Positions 54,336 to 64,000 of a DNA stretch of 64,000 bases are shown here, in pieces. The stretch lies in IMG/VR virus record IMGVR_UViG_3300005613_000026, positions 1 through 64,000 of that record, one strand, 5' to 3'. Source of the stretch: a virus. Within the stretch, counting starts at the first letter, position 1. Each line of letters begins with the position of its first letter. Made by a program: the position numbers and the translations under genes. The notes beneath the pieces are model-generated. The model was not told the origin of the DNA. It did no database searches and saw only the letters and a list, made by a program, of their open reading frames with translations.

Positions 54336-57300
54336 TTATATATTAAGGGTGACAAATTCATTATCATTTAATTCAACCATTATACCGAAGTTTTTAACTA
54401 TTGGAACATCTGAATATCCTCCACAATATTCAGTACTTGAAACATCTCTTAATTGGAAAGTATATGCATTAGTTTCAAACACATAATCTGATCCATCATG
54501 AGCTTCTATTGTTAAATAGTATATTACATTACTATCGAAATCATCTGCATCTGGTCTATAAACAACATTAACTGTTTGTCCTGGAACTACATTCGCTCCA
54601 TCCTCTGGAATGACAATATCATCTACAAACCATCCACTCCTGTTATTGCCACTAAATTGAGTAGTATAAAGATTGGTTCTTTCCGAATCCGAATAAAACT
54701 TAACTCTAAAATGATAATCATTTGTAGAAGTATCTTCATTTGTAAAATTAAAATCTACATTATCTACAAAAGAAGCTGTACAACTTGCTACAAAAGAATG
54801 AGTTCTATCTAACACATAAGATGACCCACCTTTAATATACTCTGTCTTAACATAATAATAGTTATTACAAGTTATATCTGCCGAACCTGGAACACTAAAC
54901 AAGACTTGAACAGTCTCTCCTGCGTTGATTAATGCTCCATCAGAAGGTATGCTCTCTCCATCAACACTAAATCCATCAGAACTATTTGCTGAATAAGCCG
55001 TGAAAATTGGTAAATTCTGATTAACATCTTCATAAAGAGTAATCCTAAAATGATAACTTCCTGTAGTAGAAGTCTCATTTGTAAAATCAAAATCTATAGT
55101 GTTAACATATAGCTCAGAACTATATGGTCCATACTCATCAAAAGCCGTTGGAGATATAGTTGATCTACTTGGACTAATCAATTTAATTCCCACTCTTAAA
55201 TTCTCTCCACTTTGATTAATATTGAACAATCTATTCTCGTCCACTTCTTGATATTCTGTCCAGTCAATAGAATTTGTAGTATTAATTCCAAATACAACAT
55301 CAGCAGATACAGGTACAATCTTTTGACTGGTTAAAATACCCTTTTCTACTCTACTTGGCATAACAAAATTAGTAGTAAAGAAGTGTATGGACTCACTGCT
55401 AACAGACCTAATACTGGCTCTTGTAAACACAGGTGTTATTCCCTTCTCTTCACTAGTTAAAACAACTTTAAATTGTATAAACTGACCGACCATATTGCTC
55501 AAATCTACACCAGCAGATTGTATATTATAATACGGACCAATCCAATCAGTAGTTAAAATATCATTTTGAGAGGTTGATGTTCTAACATATATTTCCAAAG
55601 AAGTATTATGCAAAATAGTAGCTTCCCAAGATATATTATCCCATTTTACTAAATCATTAGAACCATCAAATACCTCACTTACATATTCTCCTCTTTCTTC
55701 TTCAATCTTATCCGCAGAATAAAAACGATTTGTACTATTTAAAAATACTGTACTATTACCCGCATCATCTAATTCCATAATCTGATTCTCATTTACAAAA
55801 TCTACTAATGAAGATATGTCTATACTATCAGTAAATTTCTCTTTAACAGTCGCGGTTCCATCTGCTTGTACATCGTAAAGAACGCTTTCATTACCAGCTC
55901 TATCTATAAGTTTTAGATAGACACTCTTTGTCTGACTTAAGGGGTTAATTTTTGTTATATACGAATCAGAAATAACATAAATAACATCTAAATTAGAATT
56001 ATAAGTAATATCTTCTATCTGTTCATCATGAGTATATTTCCATACCCATGAACCGTAATCAGATAAATAATATAAAGTATTTCCTACTCCTGCATAAACA
56101 ACATTCCGAATAGTAGTAGAACCTCCACTTGTAACCGAAATCGAGAATGTCCTTATTACATTAATAGAGCTTGAGATAGTCCTGAAAGACACGTCATAAG
56201 AAGAGCTATTCGTCAAAGACCTTCTTATAATTCCATTAGTAGATCCGCCCGTAAATACCGTTCCATTATTATTATAACTTATAAAATCAATACTAATTAA
56301 GGGCTCAGTATCACTATAAACGATAAAAGCACTTTCATTAAATACATCTATCTCATAAACATATCCACTAGATCCAGTCACGGCTAATAAATTAGCACTA
56401 CCTTCTTCATGAGTTAAATCGTATACATTATTATCTAATCCCTTTACTATTTGATCCAACCTACCATCTACATTTTGGGCCGATCCATCATCATAAACAT
56501 ACACAGCCCCTCCTTCTCCAGAACCATTTGAATACTCATTTCCAGGACCTACACCAGACCCCATATATATCTTTCCGTCCATCTCGTGTGTACAAAATAT
56601 TCTAGATTCAGAAGCGGTTAATATTCCCGAAAGAGATAAAGAACTCACAACCGTTCCTGTTGAATATGTATAATTATATACATATACTTTTGCAGCTCTT
56701 GTAGGGTGTCCAATACTAATAAAAAGTTTATCATTGTATCTAGTAATAAAATCTACAAATTCATCATCATCAAAAGAATATATTTCCTCCCATTCTTCTT
56801 CTGTCCAACTATATTTATAAACCGATGCTGGAACAGAAGATCCAGCATATAGCTCATTAGTATCTGAAAAATAAGAGATTACATTTCCTTGTCCAGAAGA
56901 AAATGTATAATCAGTTTCTATATCTTCTAAAGAAATTCCCAAATTATGAGTAGTACTAGTGACAAAAGGAACTGGATCTTTGGAAGATGTCCCATCTATA
57001 GTAAAATTCTCATAATTCGAAATTACCATACTTTCTATACCAGATCCATCAACCCCATCCATAGCTCCTTCTATATTAACTCTAACTGTACTTTTATCTA
57101 TCTGAGTAATAGATAAACCATTTCCATCTTCGTCCTCGAATGTAGGAGCAGTAGTATCCAAATGCACTTTATCAAAAGGAAGTTGAGTCGTTGCATCATT
57201 TACTTTTATTTCGTTCTCATCCCCATTTGTTACTACATAAAAGGTATTAGACGCCCCCTCTTTAATAGCAAAATCTTTAATTCTAATAATAGACTCTCCT

Positions 57301-60300
57301 AAATCTATCCTCTGACGTTCAGTTCTATTGAACGTAGATATCTGTGTTAAATCTTTTCTAACCACAACTTCTACTACATCTGAATTCCTTAAAGGAGTTT
57401 CAAATCTTATAATACCATTAGAAGTATTATTATCTTTCTTGAAATTATAGCCATAAGGGACTTTATTCCCGTTAATATAAACCTCTATAATATCATCTTT
57501 AGATACCGACCTATCTGAATCTGTTATAATATAGAACGTTTGCAAATCATTTCTAGTAGCCCCACTTGTATATTCTGGCTCATAAAACACAGTATTATAT
57601 GTTCTCTCATCATCATTTACAATTATCTGGCTTAATCTAGAAAGAGTCCCCGCGAACAGTACATTAGGCTCACGCCACATAACTGACTTAACATTATTAT
57701 TCCATATAGTCCCATCATCTGCCGATAGATTAGTCTCAAAACCTAATCCAACCATCTTATCTATCCCGTTGGATGTTGCTATATATCGTATAGCTGTATT
57801 TCTTATAGCAATATCATTTACCCTATCCGACGCCATGCCATTAGAGGTAGTAAAACTAAGGAAATTACCTTTATAAAACCTGTATAATCCAGACCAAGTA
57901 CCTATCCAAACACAATTATTATTATCTACTTTTAAAGAAGAAATTCTTCCTGAAGGATAATTTTGTTGAGATGATATATTTTCAATTGCATCTGAAATCG
58001 TTATAATACCACTCTCTTCAGATAAATTATATACTTTTAAACCACTGGAAGATGTTCCAACAAATAATCTATTATCATTATCAACAACCATTGCAGTAAC
58101 ACCATAAGGAGAATCTGCCAGCTCTTTAAACCCCTTAATATGTTCTATACTATAATAGATTCTATCATCTCCACCTATAAACATATTATTATATTTATCA
58201 AAAGCTATACACTTTATCTTCTTTAAATCACTAGAATCCCCAGAAATTTGATTACCCGAAACGTCTACAATACCTGGCAATTCATTCCCATCTCCAACAG
58301 TAACCACTCTATTTTGCCTATCTACATAAAAAGAGACCCCACATAAACCAACAATCCATGCATCTCCATAATTGTTAATAACTGCATCGCTCGCAGATAT
58401 CCTATCTATAGTAAAATTAGAAGGTGTTACTTCTAAAATAGAAAAAGGCTCTACAGCATCTTTTACATAATATTTAAAATGCTTAAATATAAAATGATTA
58501 TTAAGTAAATCTGAAAAATCTCCGAATCTTATCTCTTTAGTCGAAAAATCCTTGTTAATAGTCATATCTCTGTCTAATCCATAAGGATCTGAATCTACTA
58601 TACCATAATTGACCAAAAATTCTGACATATCTCTACTTAAATCATAAAAAGTAGATTTCACCTGAGACAAAAGCTTTCCATTATCAATAAAAGTATATTC
58701 ATCTACAATATTAGATTGGTATACAATAGGCATTTCCTGTGTAAAGACTACTGGAACTGAAGGGAAATAAGCATTTCTGTTATCTGAAAAAACCATCTCT
58801 ATATCAAAGGAACTTTGAGCACTAGATAAAAAGGTTCCATCTTTATAAACTGCTACATAAATACTAGATTCTAAGGGTCTTACACCTCCTACAGCAGATA
58901 AGTATGGATCTAGATGCTCATATGGATCAGCAAAAGCAGTGAATTCTTCATAAGAAGTATCTCTATAATCTTGCCATACTATATAAATATCTCCTGTAGT
59001 GGTATGCTCAGAAAGAGATGGATACCTGGCTCCCCCATAACCTTCCACTATCTGAGTAACATCCGAAATATTAGTCAACATCGGACTTATTATTCTACTG
59101 AATATCTGATACTTTCCTTCTGAATTATCTTCCCATACTATAAATACTTGCCCTCTTATATTCGCAAGCACATCTGAAAAATCTGCTCTTTTACCTTGAT
59201 CTGAAACCTTCACGGAAGAGTATTGTTCTGACATATGGTTATATTTAGTTACCCATATCTCCTTACTGTTATCCGAACATATTTTTGTCCATGAAATGAA
59301 CATCTCATCTAAATAAGACGCTATCGAAGGACGGTAAGCTCCTAAACTTTCATTTGTTAATTTAACCTCGCCTTTCCATTGTTGAGTATCTGGCAAGAAT
59401 ACATTTAAATATATTGAAGGATGTACAAATCTCCAATCCTCCCATGTAATGCACACCTTAGAAGAACTATCTAATATAATTTTAGGACTCTTACATGAGC
59501 CGACTCCTATGCCAGTATAAAATGGAGCGCTCCATCCTATAGAATTTTTATAGATCATACCAACTACACTACCATCATCCTCTTTTGCCTCATAACAAAC
59601 ATAAATAGTTCCTTCTGAATCTACTATAATATCTGGGAACTGATACCCCATATCTCCCTCTACAATAGAAACTGGAGTAGACCATTGGGCATTAGCGTAT
59701 TTAGAATAATATATTCTACCATTACCGTTACCATCATCCCACCATGTAGCGTGTAAATCTCCGCTACTATCCTCAAAAACAGATGGAGATAAAGCATTGC
59801 CATTATTAGTGGCATCTTGTAAAAAGTCTATCTCTGCTATTTTAGAATATTTAGTATCAGAAGTAGATTTTGCATATAAAGTTAAATCTTCTCCTTTGCC
59901 TAATAATCTATATGTATTTTCTTCAGTAGTATCATATGTTATATTCTTATTCGCATTTGAAAAATTAATCTGTTGTTCAAAAAAAGTGATAGTTTCTTGT
60001 TTCACACCATCATTAACATATATACCTGCTCCATTAGCTTTATTATCAGTCAAATTAGTAGGGTCAGAATTATCAGAAGCAATCACCTTAAGATTAAAAT
60101 CTACCGTCCACCCTCTGTCATTATCTACTTCATTGAACCAATCTGTTCCAGGTTTATTATGAGTATAATACCAAACACCCCCTGGCTCTTGAACTGTATA
60201 AACAGTCCAAGTATCTGTTTTAGACCAAATCCCACCAGGGTTTTGCCAAGCATTAAAAGTAATATAATTATCATATACTTCTACATCCATAAAAGTATTA

Positions 60301-61715
60301 TAACTATCTCCACTAGCCCTATATTCAGCACCAGCTAAACCAGAAGTAATTTCCCATACTCTACCTTGTCCATTTTCCCATACATCTCCACTAACTTTAG
60401 AACTATTATCCCAACTATTATCTACTCTATATCTACCATACTTATGAACATGCCCAGCGAAATGAGCAACCACATTATTATTATCTTCAAGAAGTTTCCA
60501 AAACTTATTTCTATTACTTGGAAATTGATTTAAAGAATCATATATATGACTTAAATCTTGAGGAAAGGCTGGTTCATGACTAAAAAGAATAACTGGTTTT
60601 TCTGTAGAACTTATGACTTCTTGCAACCATTCGTAAGACCTATCCCCAACAAATGAAATATCATAAGAATTAATATAAAGATGTCTATCTCCACCTATCT
60701 GAGAGTCGTATGCTGTACCACTTTGATTAAAATAAGTATTTAATTGTATAAAACGGACACCAGCATGATCCCAATAATAAATAGTTTCTTCTCCATTTTC
60801 TATTCCACTTTGAGCAAAACTACTAATTGGGTATCTTGGCTGAGAATAATTGGAACTATATTCTAGCTTTAAATCAAAATAACAATCTGCGCTACCAGGC
60901 ATATTGTGCACTTCAGCAGCAATAATATTTTCTCCATTTACTAACAAATATCTAAAATCATCAAGCCTAAAAGGATAAAAGATAGACTCCCCTAATCTAG
61001 CATAATCCGTAGGAGAAGTATCATAATTAACTTCTCCATCATCCATACGTAGTCGGGCAACCTCTACTCCATTTATATACACAACAGCCCCATCATCTGC
61101 TTGGAGGCTCATAAATAAAGAAGTAACATCATCAACATCACTAATATTGAATTTTTTTCTAAAATAATAGGTAATATGAGTATTATCAGATATAATAGTA
61201 GTATGACCTTTTATTGGATTATCAGCAAAACCTAATCTAGTAGTCCCTGTTTTCCAGGAACTGTCATCATATGACAGTGTTGTCCAATTATTAGAATATC
61301 CATTATTATAATCAGTATTTAAATCAGCTCCGCTATCTAGATATTGCCAATCAGATGCGCTTGGATTTTCACCACCCGATTCAATAAGAGTATCTGTCAT
61401 AACATTATGGTATTCTTGAAATAACCACGATACCACATTATCTGTTCCTTGTTTGTCCCCTTGCATCACATCATGATTACCCATTCCCACTAACCACTTA
61501 GCCTCACTCCCAAATTTTTCATCTATAATTTCTCTAATCTCGCGAGTGGAGCCTCTTCCATCATATGAAGTAGTGTCTCCCGTAGTAATATGAAAAGCAC
61601 CAGGACCACCAACATTATCATTGATACCATCGCATACTTCTCTAAATGCCTCCCTGCTTGCAAGAGAAGCATGTATATCTGTCGTTACAGTGAAATGAAA
61701 AAGTCTTTCTGACAT
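54336..61715 (-). CDS. Giant putative virion protein: N-terminal calcineurin-like metallophosphoesterase with inserted jelly-roll domain, several beta-propellers and a duplicated C-terminal domain
   Basis: TDIH, TGD, GNHD, SHEP and GHVH motifs; YYFRKKF...ADDGAVVYING insert; VWIGTWSGL-type blades. Confidence 0.75.
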   Translation of the reverse strand: MSERLFHFTVTTDIHASLASREAFREVCDGINDNVGGPGAFHITTGDTTSYDGRGSTREIREIIDEKFGSEAKWLVGMGNHDVMQGDKQGTDNVVSWLFQEYHNVMTDTLIESGGENPSASDWQYLDSGADLNTDYNNGYSNNWTTLSYDDSSWKTGTTRLGFADNPIKGHTTIISDNTHITYYFRKKFNISDVDDVTSLFMSLQADDGAVVYINGVEVARLRMDDGEVNYDTSPTDYARLGESIFYPFRLDDFRYLLVNGENIIAAEVHNMPGSADCYFDLKLEYSSNYSQPRYPISSFAQSGIENGEETIYYWDHAGVRFIQLNTYFNQSGTAYDSQIGGDRHLYINSYDISFVGDRSYEWLQEVISSTEKPVILFSHEPAFPQDLSHIYDSLNQFPSNRNKFWKLLEDNNNVVAHFAGHVHKYGRYRVDNSWDNSSKVSGDVWENGQGRVWEITSGLAGAEYRASGDSYNTFMDVEVYDNYITFNAWQNPGGIWSKTDTWTVYTVQEPGGVWYYTHNKPGTDWFNEVDNDRGWTVDFNLKVIASDNSDPTNLTDNKANGAGIYVNDGVKQETITFFEQQINFSNANKNITYDTTEENTYRLLGKGEDLTLYAKSTSDTKYSKIAEIDFLQDATNNGNALSPSVFEDSSGDLHATWWDDGNGNGRIYYSKYANAQWSTPVSIVEGDMGYQFPDIIVDSEGTIYVCYEAKEDDGSVVGMIYKNSIGWSAPFYTGIGVGSCKSPKIILDSSSKVCITWEDWRFVHPSIYLNVFLPDTQQWKGEVKLTNESLGAYRPSIASYLDEMFISWTKICSDNSKEIWVTKYNHMSEQYSSVKVSDQGKRADFSDVLANIRGQVFIVWEDNSEGKYQIFSRIISPMLTNISDVTQIVEGYGGARYPSLSEHTTTGDIYIVWQDYRDTSYEEFTAFADPYEHLDPYLSAVGGVRPLESSIYVAVYKDGTFLSSAQSSFDIEMVFSDNRNAYFPSVPVVFTQEMPIVYQSNIVDEYTFIDNGKLLSQVKSTFYDLSRDMSEFLVNYGIVDSDPYGLDRDMTINKDFSTKEIRFGDFSDLLNNHFIFKHFKYYVKDAVEPFSILEVTPSNFTIDRISASDAVINNYGDAWIVGLCGVSFYVDRQNRVVTVGDGNELPGIVDVSGNQISGDSSDLKKIKCIAFDKYNNMFIGGDDRIYYSIEHIKGFKELADSPYGVTAMVVDNDNRLFVGTSSSGLKVYNLSEESGIITISDAIENISSQQNYPSGRISSLKVDNNNCVWIGTWSGLYRFYKGNFLSFTTSNGMASDRVNDIAIRNTAIRYIATSNGIDKMVGLGFETNLSADDGTIWNNNVKSVMWREPNVLFAGTLSRLSQIIVNDDERTYNTVFYEPEYTSGATRNDLQTFYIITDSDRSVSKDDIIEVYINGNKVPYGYNFKKDNNTSNGIIRFETPLRNSDVVEVVVRKDLTQISTFNRTERQRIDLGESIIRIKDFAIKEGASNTFYVVTNGDENEIKVNDATTQLPFDKVHLDTTAPTFEDEDGNGLSITQIDKSTVRVNIEGAMDGVDGSGIESMVISNYENFTIDGTSSKDPVPFVTSTTHNLGISLEDIETDYTFSSGQGNVISYFSDTNELYAGSSVPASVYKYSWTEEEWEEIYSFDDDEFVDFITRYNDKLFISIGHPTRAAKVYVYNYTYSTGTVVSSLSLSGILTASESRIFCTHEMDGKIYMGSGVGPGNEYSNGSGEGGAVYVYDDGSAQNVDGRLDQIVKGLDNNVYDLTHEEGSANLLAVTGSSGYVYEIDVFNESAFIVYSDTEPLISIDFISYNNNGTVFTGGSTNGIIRRSLTNSSSYDVSFRTISSSINVIRTFSISVTSGGSTTIRNVVYAGVGNTLYYLSDYGSWVWKYTHDEQIEDITYNSNLDVIYVISDSYITKINPLSQTKSVYLKLIDRAGNESVLYDVQADGTATVKEKFTDSIDISSLVDFVNENQIMELDDAGNSTVFLNSTNRFYSADKIEEERGEYVSEVFDGSNDLVKWDNISWEATILHNTSLEIYVRTSTSQNDILTTDWIGPYYNIQSAGVDLSNMVGQFIQFKVVLTSEEKGITPVFTRASIRSVSSESIHFFTTNFVMPSRVEKGILTSQKIVPVSADVVFGINTTNSIDWTEYQEVDENRLFNINQSGENLRVGIKLISPSRSTISPTAFDEYGPYSSELYVNTIDFDFTNETSTTGSYHFRITLYEDVNQNLPIFTAYSANSSDGFSVDGESIPSDGALINAGETVQVLFSVPGSADITCNNYYYVKTEYIKGGSSYVLDRTHSFVASCTASFVDNVDFNFTNEDTSTNDYHFRVKFYSDSERTNLYTTQFSGNNRSGWFVDDIVIPEDGANVVPGQTVNVVYRPDADDFDSNVIYYLTIEAHDGSDYVFETNAYTFQLRDVSSTEYCGGYSDVPIVKNFGIMVELNDNEFVTLNI

Positions 61716-61719
61716 AATT

Positions 61720-63816
61720 TTACTCTCTATACTCTAATGTATTTATATTTAAACCCTCAGTATCTATATAAGCAGCTGTAAAGCCCGTATTTTGTACTAA
61801 TTCCCATCCATACTCATTAGGATACGCATAAGTTACTTGTCCTATATTATCAACAAATATTAACTGCTGATTAAACGGATTAATAAGATAACCATTTATT
61901 ACACTTATCCCCTTTGAATGTGAGCAAACTATTTTTTTACCATCTGGAGATTTACTGATATGGTTTATAGGAGCATAAGTTCTTGCTACAGTTTTAGCAG
62001 AAAATTTATTATCAGAACTAAGAGCATAAATAGAACTACCTTCATTTGTATTATCAGGATTTAAACCAAAAACCTTTTTTCCGCCCAAATAATTATTTAA
62101 AGCTACAACTTCATTATCCTCGAAATCTGCATAAGTATGAAACTGCATATTAGCATAATCATTATCTACATCAGGTAAATAGTACCCACTCGTAGTATAA
62201 AAGAAATACTTATATTTCACAGAATAATTAGATGAAACTCCTCCTATCTCCAATGTCTTACTTGAAGTTGGTTGAGTAAATAATCCAGTACCATCTATAA
62301 CTAGTTCTCTATTTATATATATTTTAATATCATTATTCTTCCCTGCCACCGTCAACATCGTGGATTGCGATGAGGTATTGTCTATAGTATATTCTACAAC
62401 TCTTTTTGAAACCAATTCTATTTTCGAAGAATATATCTTAATTTCTGCAAATCTCGTCCCATCATTCACTCTAACAACATGATGTTGAAGAGAATCAGTA
62501 GATTCTGACGCTATGTAAATAGTTTCAAAAGTCCAACCAGTGGAATTACTAACAGATTCTTCCCACCTAGACCCTCTTATCCTGAAATGAGAAGAAGTAT
62601 ACTCTCCAAAAGTTCTACTATCGCTGATAGCTACAGAAATATAATAATCCCTTCCCCTATTAAGTAATCCTGATGGCACAGAGAAAGTCTCTTTGTCAAA
62701 ATCAAATATTTGACTATAAATATTATCCGCTTCAAAAAATGTACCTATTTTAATAGAAACATAATTAGCCTCTTTTCCCTGAGGGATATAAGATTTCCAT
62801 CTTACCGATGGTCTTACAGACGAAACATCTAGTGGGTCTACTCTACCATCAATTGTAATATCTCTTACAACAAAATTTGAACTTTGTATCGTAACCGTAG
62901 AAGAGGATTTATAGACATTACCACTTGTCGGCTTGATTTCGCACCTAACCTCATCCCCCACTAATAACGTGGGTCTAATATAAAACTTATTATTATAATC
63001 TTTTGCTAAATATCCATTTATATACCATCTAACTAAAACATCCTCTTTATTAGTTGCATCTGAAGCCACATAATCTATCTTAAGGATATCATCTGGATTA
63101 GGATTTGGAGGCAATATATTAATATCAGAAACGACATTAGAAGTAGAAGTAATTAAAACTTGAGGAGTTTCTGCGATCGCTCCATACTCTAAACCATCTT
63201 TAGGAACTATTGATGCCGACCATATATCCCCAACTTGTAAATAATCGGAGAAAATAGTCGTTCCTCCATCAAATTGTTTCTGATATTCTCCGTTTTTGAA
63301 CCATTTGATTAAAGTGCCATCTTCAACATCCCCATCTGAATCACTATAATCATAAGTAAGTACCAAATCATTAGTGGCTAAAGGAGCAGAAGGAGAAATG
63401 GAAGCCGATGACACCACTGGCAAAGAATTATATTTAAAAGAAAATGTCTCCCACTCGCTTGTTCTACCTGTTTCATCTTGAACACGAACTTGACCATAAT
63501 AAGTAACCCCCCGAATTAAAGGGATTCCCTCATATTGCCAGCTCTTTGCTTGACTAATTACCCATCCAGTTTGAGATCTATTTCCCACAAAAGAATCTGC
63601 ACCAATATTATAATTAAAAGTAGAAATTCTAATTTCATATCTATATTGACCATAGGAACCTTGAGAACTTGCTATACCCGTATATTCATTTATAACAACT
63701 CTATCTAGCAGGTCAAAATCCCAATTTATAGTTGGGTACTCCGTCCCAATCTTAATGGCACGAGTATGACTACTAACATTCTGATTATTAATTTTTAGCG
63801 TTAATTCTATAGACAT
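61720..63816 (-). CDS. Putative virion protein with FN3/Ig-like and LamG-like domains
   Basis: YYGQVRVQDE and YDYSDSDGDVED...WFKNG motifs; W..SVSNSTGWT domain shared with the 2459-aa protein. Confidence 0.65.
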   Translation of the reverse strand: MSIELTLKINNQNVSSHTRAIKIGTEYPTINWDFDLLDRVVINEYTGIASSQGSYGQYRYEIRISTFNYNIGADSFVGNRSQTGWVISQAKSWQYEGIPLIRGVTYYGQVRVQDETGRTSEWETFSFKYNSLPVVSSASISPSAPLATNDLVLTYDYSDSDGDVEDGTLIKWFKNGEYQKQFDGGTTIFSDYLQVGDIWSASIVPKDGLEYGAIAETPQVLITSTSNVVSDINILPPNPNPDDILKIDYVASDATNKEDVLVRWYINGYLAKDYNNKFYIRPTLLVGDEVRCEIKPTSGNVYKSSSTVTIQSSNFVVRDITIDGRVDPLDVSSVRPSVRWKSYIPQGKEANYVSIKIGTFFEADNIYSQIFDFDKETFSVPSGLLNRGRDYYISVAISDSRTFGEYTSSHFRIRGSRWEESVSNSTGWTFETIYIASESTDSLQHHVVRVNDGTRFAEIKIYSSKIELVSKRVVEYTIDNTSSQSTMLTVAGKNNDIKIYINRELVIDGTGLFTQPTSSKTLEIGGVSSNYSVKYKYFFYTTSGYYLPDVDNDYANMQFHTYADFEDNEVVALNNYLGGKKVFGLNPDNTNEGSSIYALSSDNKFSAKTVARTYAPINHISKSPDGKKIVCSHSKGISVINGYLINPFNQQLIFVDNIGQVTYAYPNEYGWELVQNTGFTAAYIDTEGLNINTLEYRE

Positions 63817-63817
63817 T

Positions 63818-64000
63818 TTATAACCTTATTATATCATCTACTAAAGATATGAAACCATTAGATACATTAAGATCAGAAGTTAAACCTAAAAATCCAGTTT
63901 CCCTTTGATCTGAAAAATTCCTCCTAGTTTCCCACATTAAAGGAGAACCCCTCATGATCTTACCATTATTTAATCCTATATATATATAACTCATATCATC
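63818..64000 (-). CDS. Partial ORF (C-terminal end of an upstream gene)
   Basis: Open frame DDMSYIYIGLNNGKIMRGSPLMWETRR...DDIIRL* ending 1 nt before the next ATG. Confidence 0.65.
   Translation of the reverse strand, partial: DDMSYIYIGLNNGKIMRGSPLMWETRRNFSDQRETGFLGLTSDLNVSNGFISLVDDIIRL

Noticed and set aside
681-60338. Numerous plus-strand ORFs of 60-170 aa in the ORF track
   Set aside because: They are antisense shadows of well-supported minus-strand genes, with no recognisable motifs. Only the RHH ORF at 36469-36621 has independent support.
37361-61715. Recurrent DPY tripeptide in the giant proteins as a possible glycosylation sequon
   Set aside because: There are only about seven copies in proteins rich in D, P and Y. 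Enrichment cannot be established without statistics.
1-64000. Stop-codon reassignment, as seen in some large phages
   Set aside because: Code-11 ORFs tile the window densely, up to 2459 aa, and TAA, TAG and TGA all end genes at sensible boundaries. The gene splits are not explained by read-through.
1-64000. tRNA, rRNA or other structured RNA genes
   Set aside because: Intergenic gaps are very short and none shows a cloverleaf or a recognisable ncRNA. A tRNAscan/Infernal run would be needed to be certain.

Overview
This AT-rich, gene-dense 64 kb window is almost entirely minus-strand coding, uses the standard genetic code, and looks like part of a very large (jumbo/huge) phage genome. From ~1 to 33.5 kb it holds replication, recombination and host-takeover genes: a Cas4-like exonuclease, primase split over two distant genes, RecA, an SSB, a DnaE-type polymerase in three genes, DnaB, a DnaC-like protein, a Ycf46-like AAA+ ATPase, an SF2 helicase, IF3, a SpoVS-like protein and PRPP synthetase. 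From 33.6 to 37.3 kb are three glycosyltransferases interrupted by an HNH endonuclease and a divergent ribbon-helix-helix gene. From 37.4 to 64 kb are giant multi-domain, probably virion-surface proteins. The main observations are these. (1) Two 'fractured genes' are each rejoined by a split intein and interrupted by a free-standing endonuclease; one intein is atypically split (24-aa IntN) and the other has inverted charge polarity. (2) DnaE has an additional intein-less split, with a degenerate duplicate of the GRGS palm segment and an internal promoter. (3) Both invading endonuclease genes share a promoter plus RBS-sequestering hairpin. (4) Several unrelated neighbouring proteins share a C-terminal R-h-D-h-h-D-h peptide tag (h = hydrophobic). 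(5) A vWA/MIDAS domain appears split between two giant proteins. (6) A 2459-aa structural-type protein carries a complete metallophosphoesterase. All calls come from motif recognition by eye; no database searches were run.
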